A stretch of DNA of 60,441 bases from an uncultured bacterium (lineage in GTDB: Bacteria; Lernaellota; Lernaellaia; Lernaellales; Lernaellaceae). The stretch lies in assembly GCA_964534375.1 (NCBI GenBank), contig CAZHPN010000004.1, positions 19,120 through 79,560 of the forward strand. The letters run 5' to 3'. Both the position numbers and the translations under genes were made by a program. The notes under the pieces are model-generated. The model was given only the letters and a program-made list of their open reading frames with translations, was not told the origin of the DNA and ran no database searches. Positions 57,838-60,441 of this stretch are shown piece by piece (position 1 is the first letter of the stretch; each line of letters starts with the position of its first letter).

Positions 57838-60441
<2,604 letters not shown>

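Overview
A 60.4-kb, high-GC bacterial chromosomal region with deltaproteobacterial/myxobacterial-like gene content (the lineage is inferred). Housekeeping and metabolic genes: acyl-CoA dehydrogenase, long-chain acyl-CoA ligase, rimI-pyrK-pyrD, dacB, rhaD-rhaB-rhaA, aroQ, Xaa-Pro peptidase and a partial lysine-fermentation cluster (kce-kdd-kamA plus a kamB-like gene). Transport: an ECF transporter next to two FadL-type porins. Other loci: a 2697-aa SgmX-like TPR protein with an ExeA-type ATPase, an MNT-HEPN pair whose HEPN lacks its catalytic motif, and many secreted or lipoproteins (a collagen/S74 fibre, plus Asp-rich-linker proteins including a GH79, a neprosin, a beta-propeller and an HEXXH protease). 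Short heptamer/nonamer repeat elements are scattered throughout. The most striking unexplained feature is at 44764-45843: three tandem, diverged, ~220-230 nt non-coding units on the minus strand. Each has an identical sigma-54 promoter (TTGGCAAGGTTCTTGCT), two boxA-like motifs, a long helix with compensatory changes and an intrinsic terminator. It looks like a triplicated sigma-54-dependent structured sRNA family that I cannot assign to any known RNA. I recognised no rRNA, tRNA, CRISPR array or transposase. All calls come from reading motifs by eye; no database search was run.
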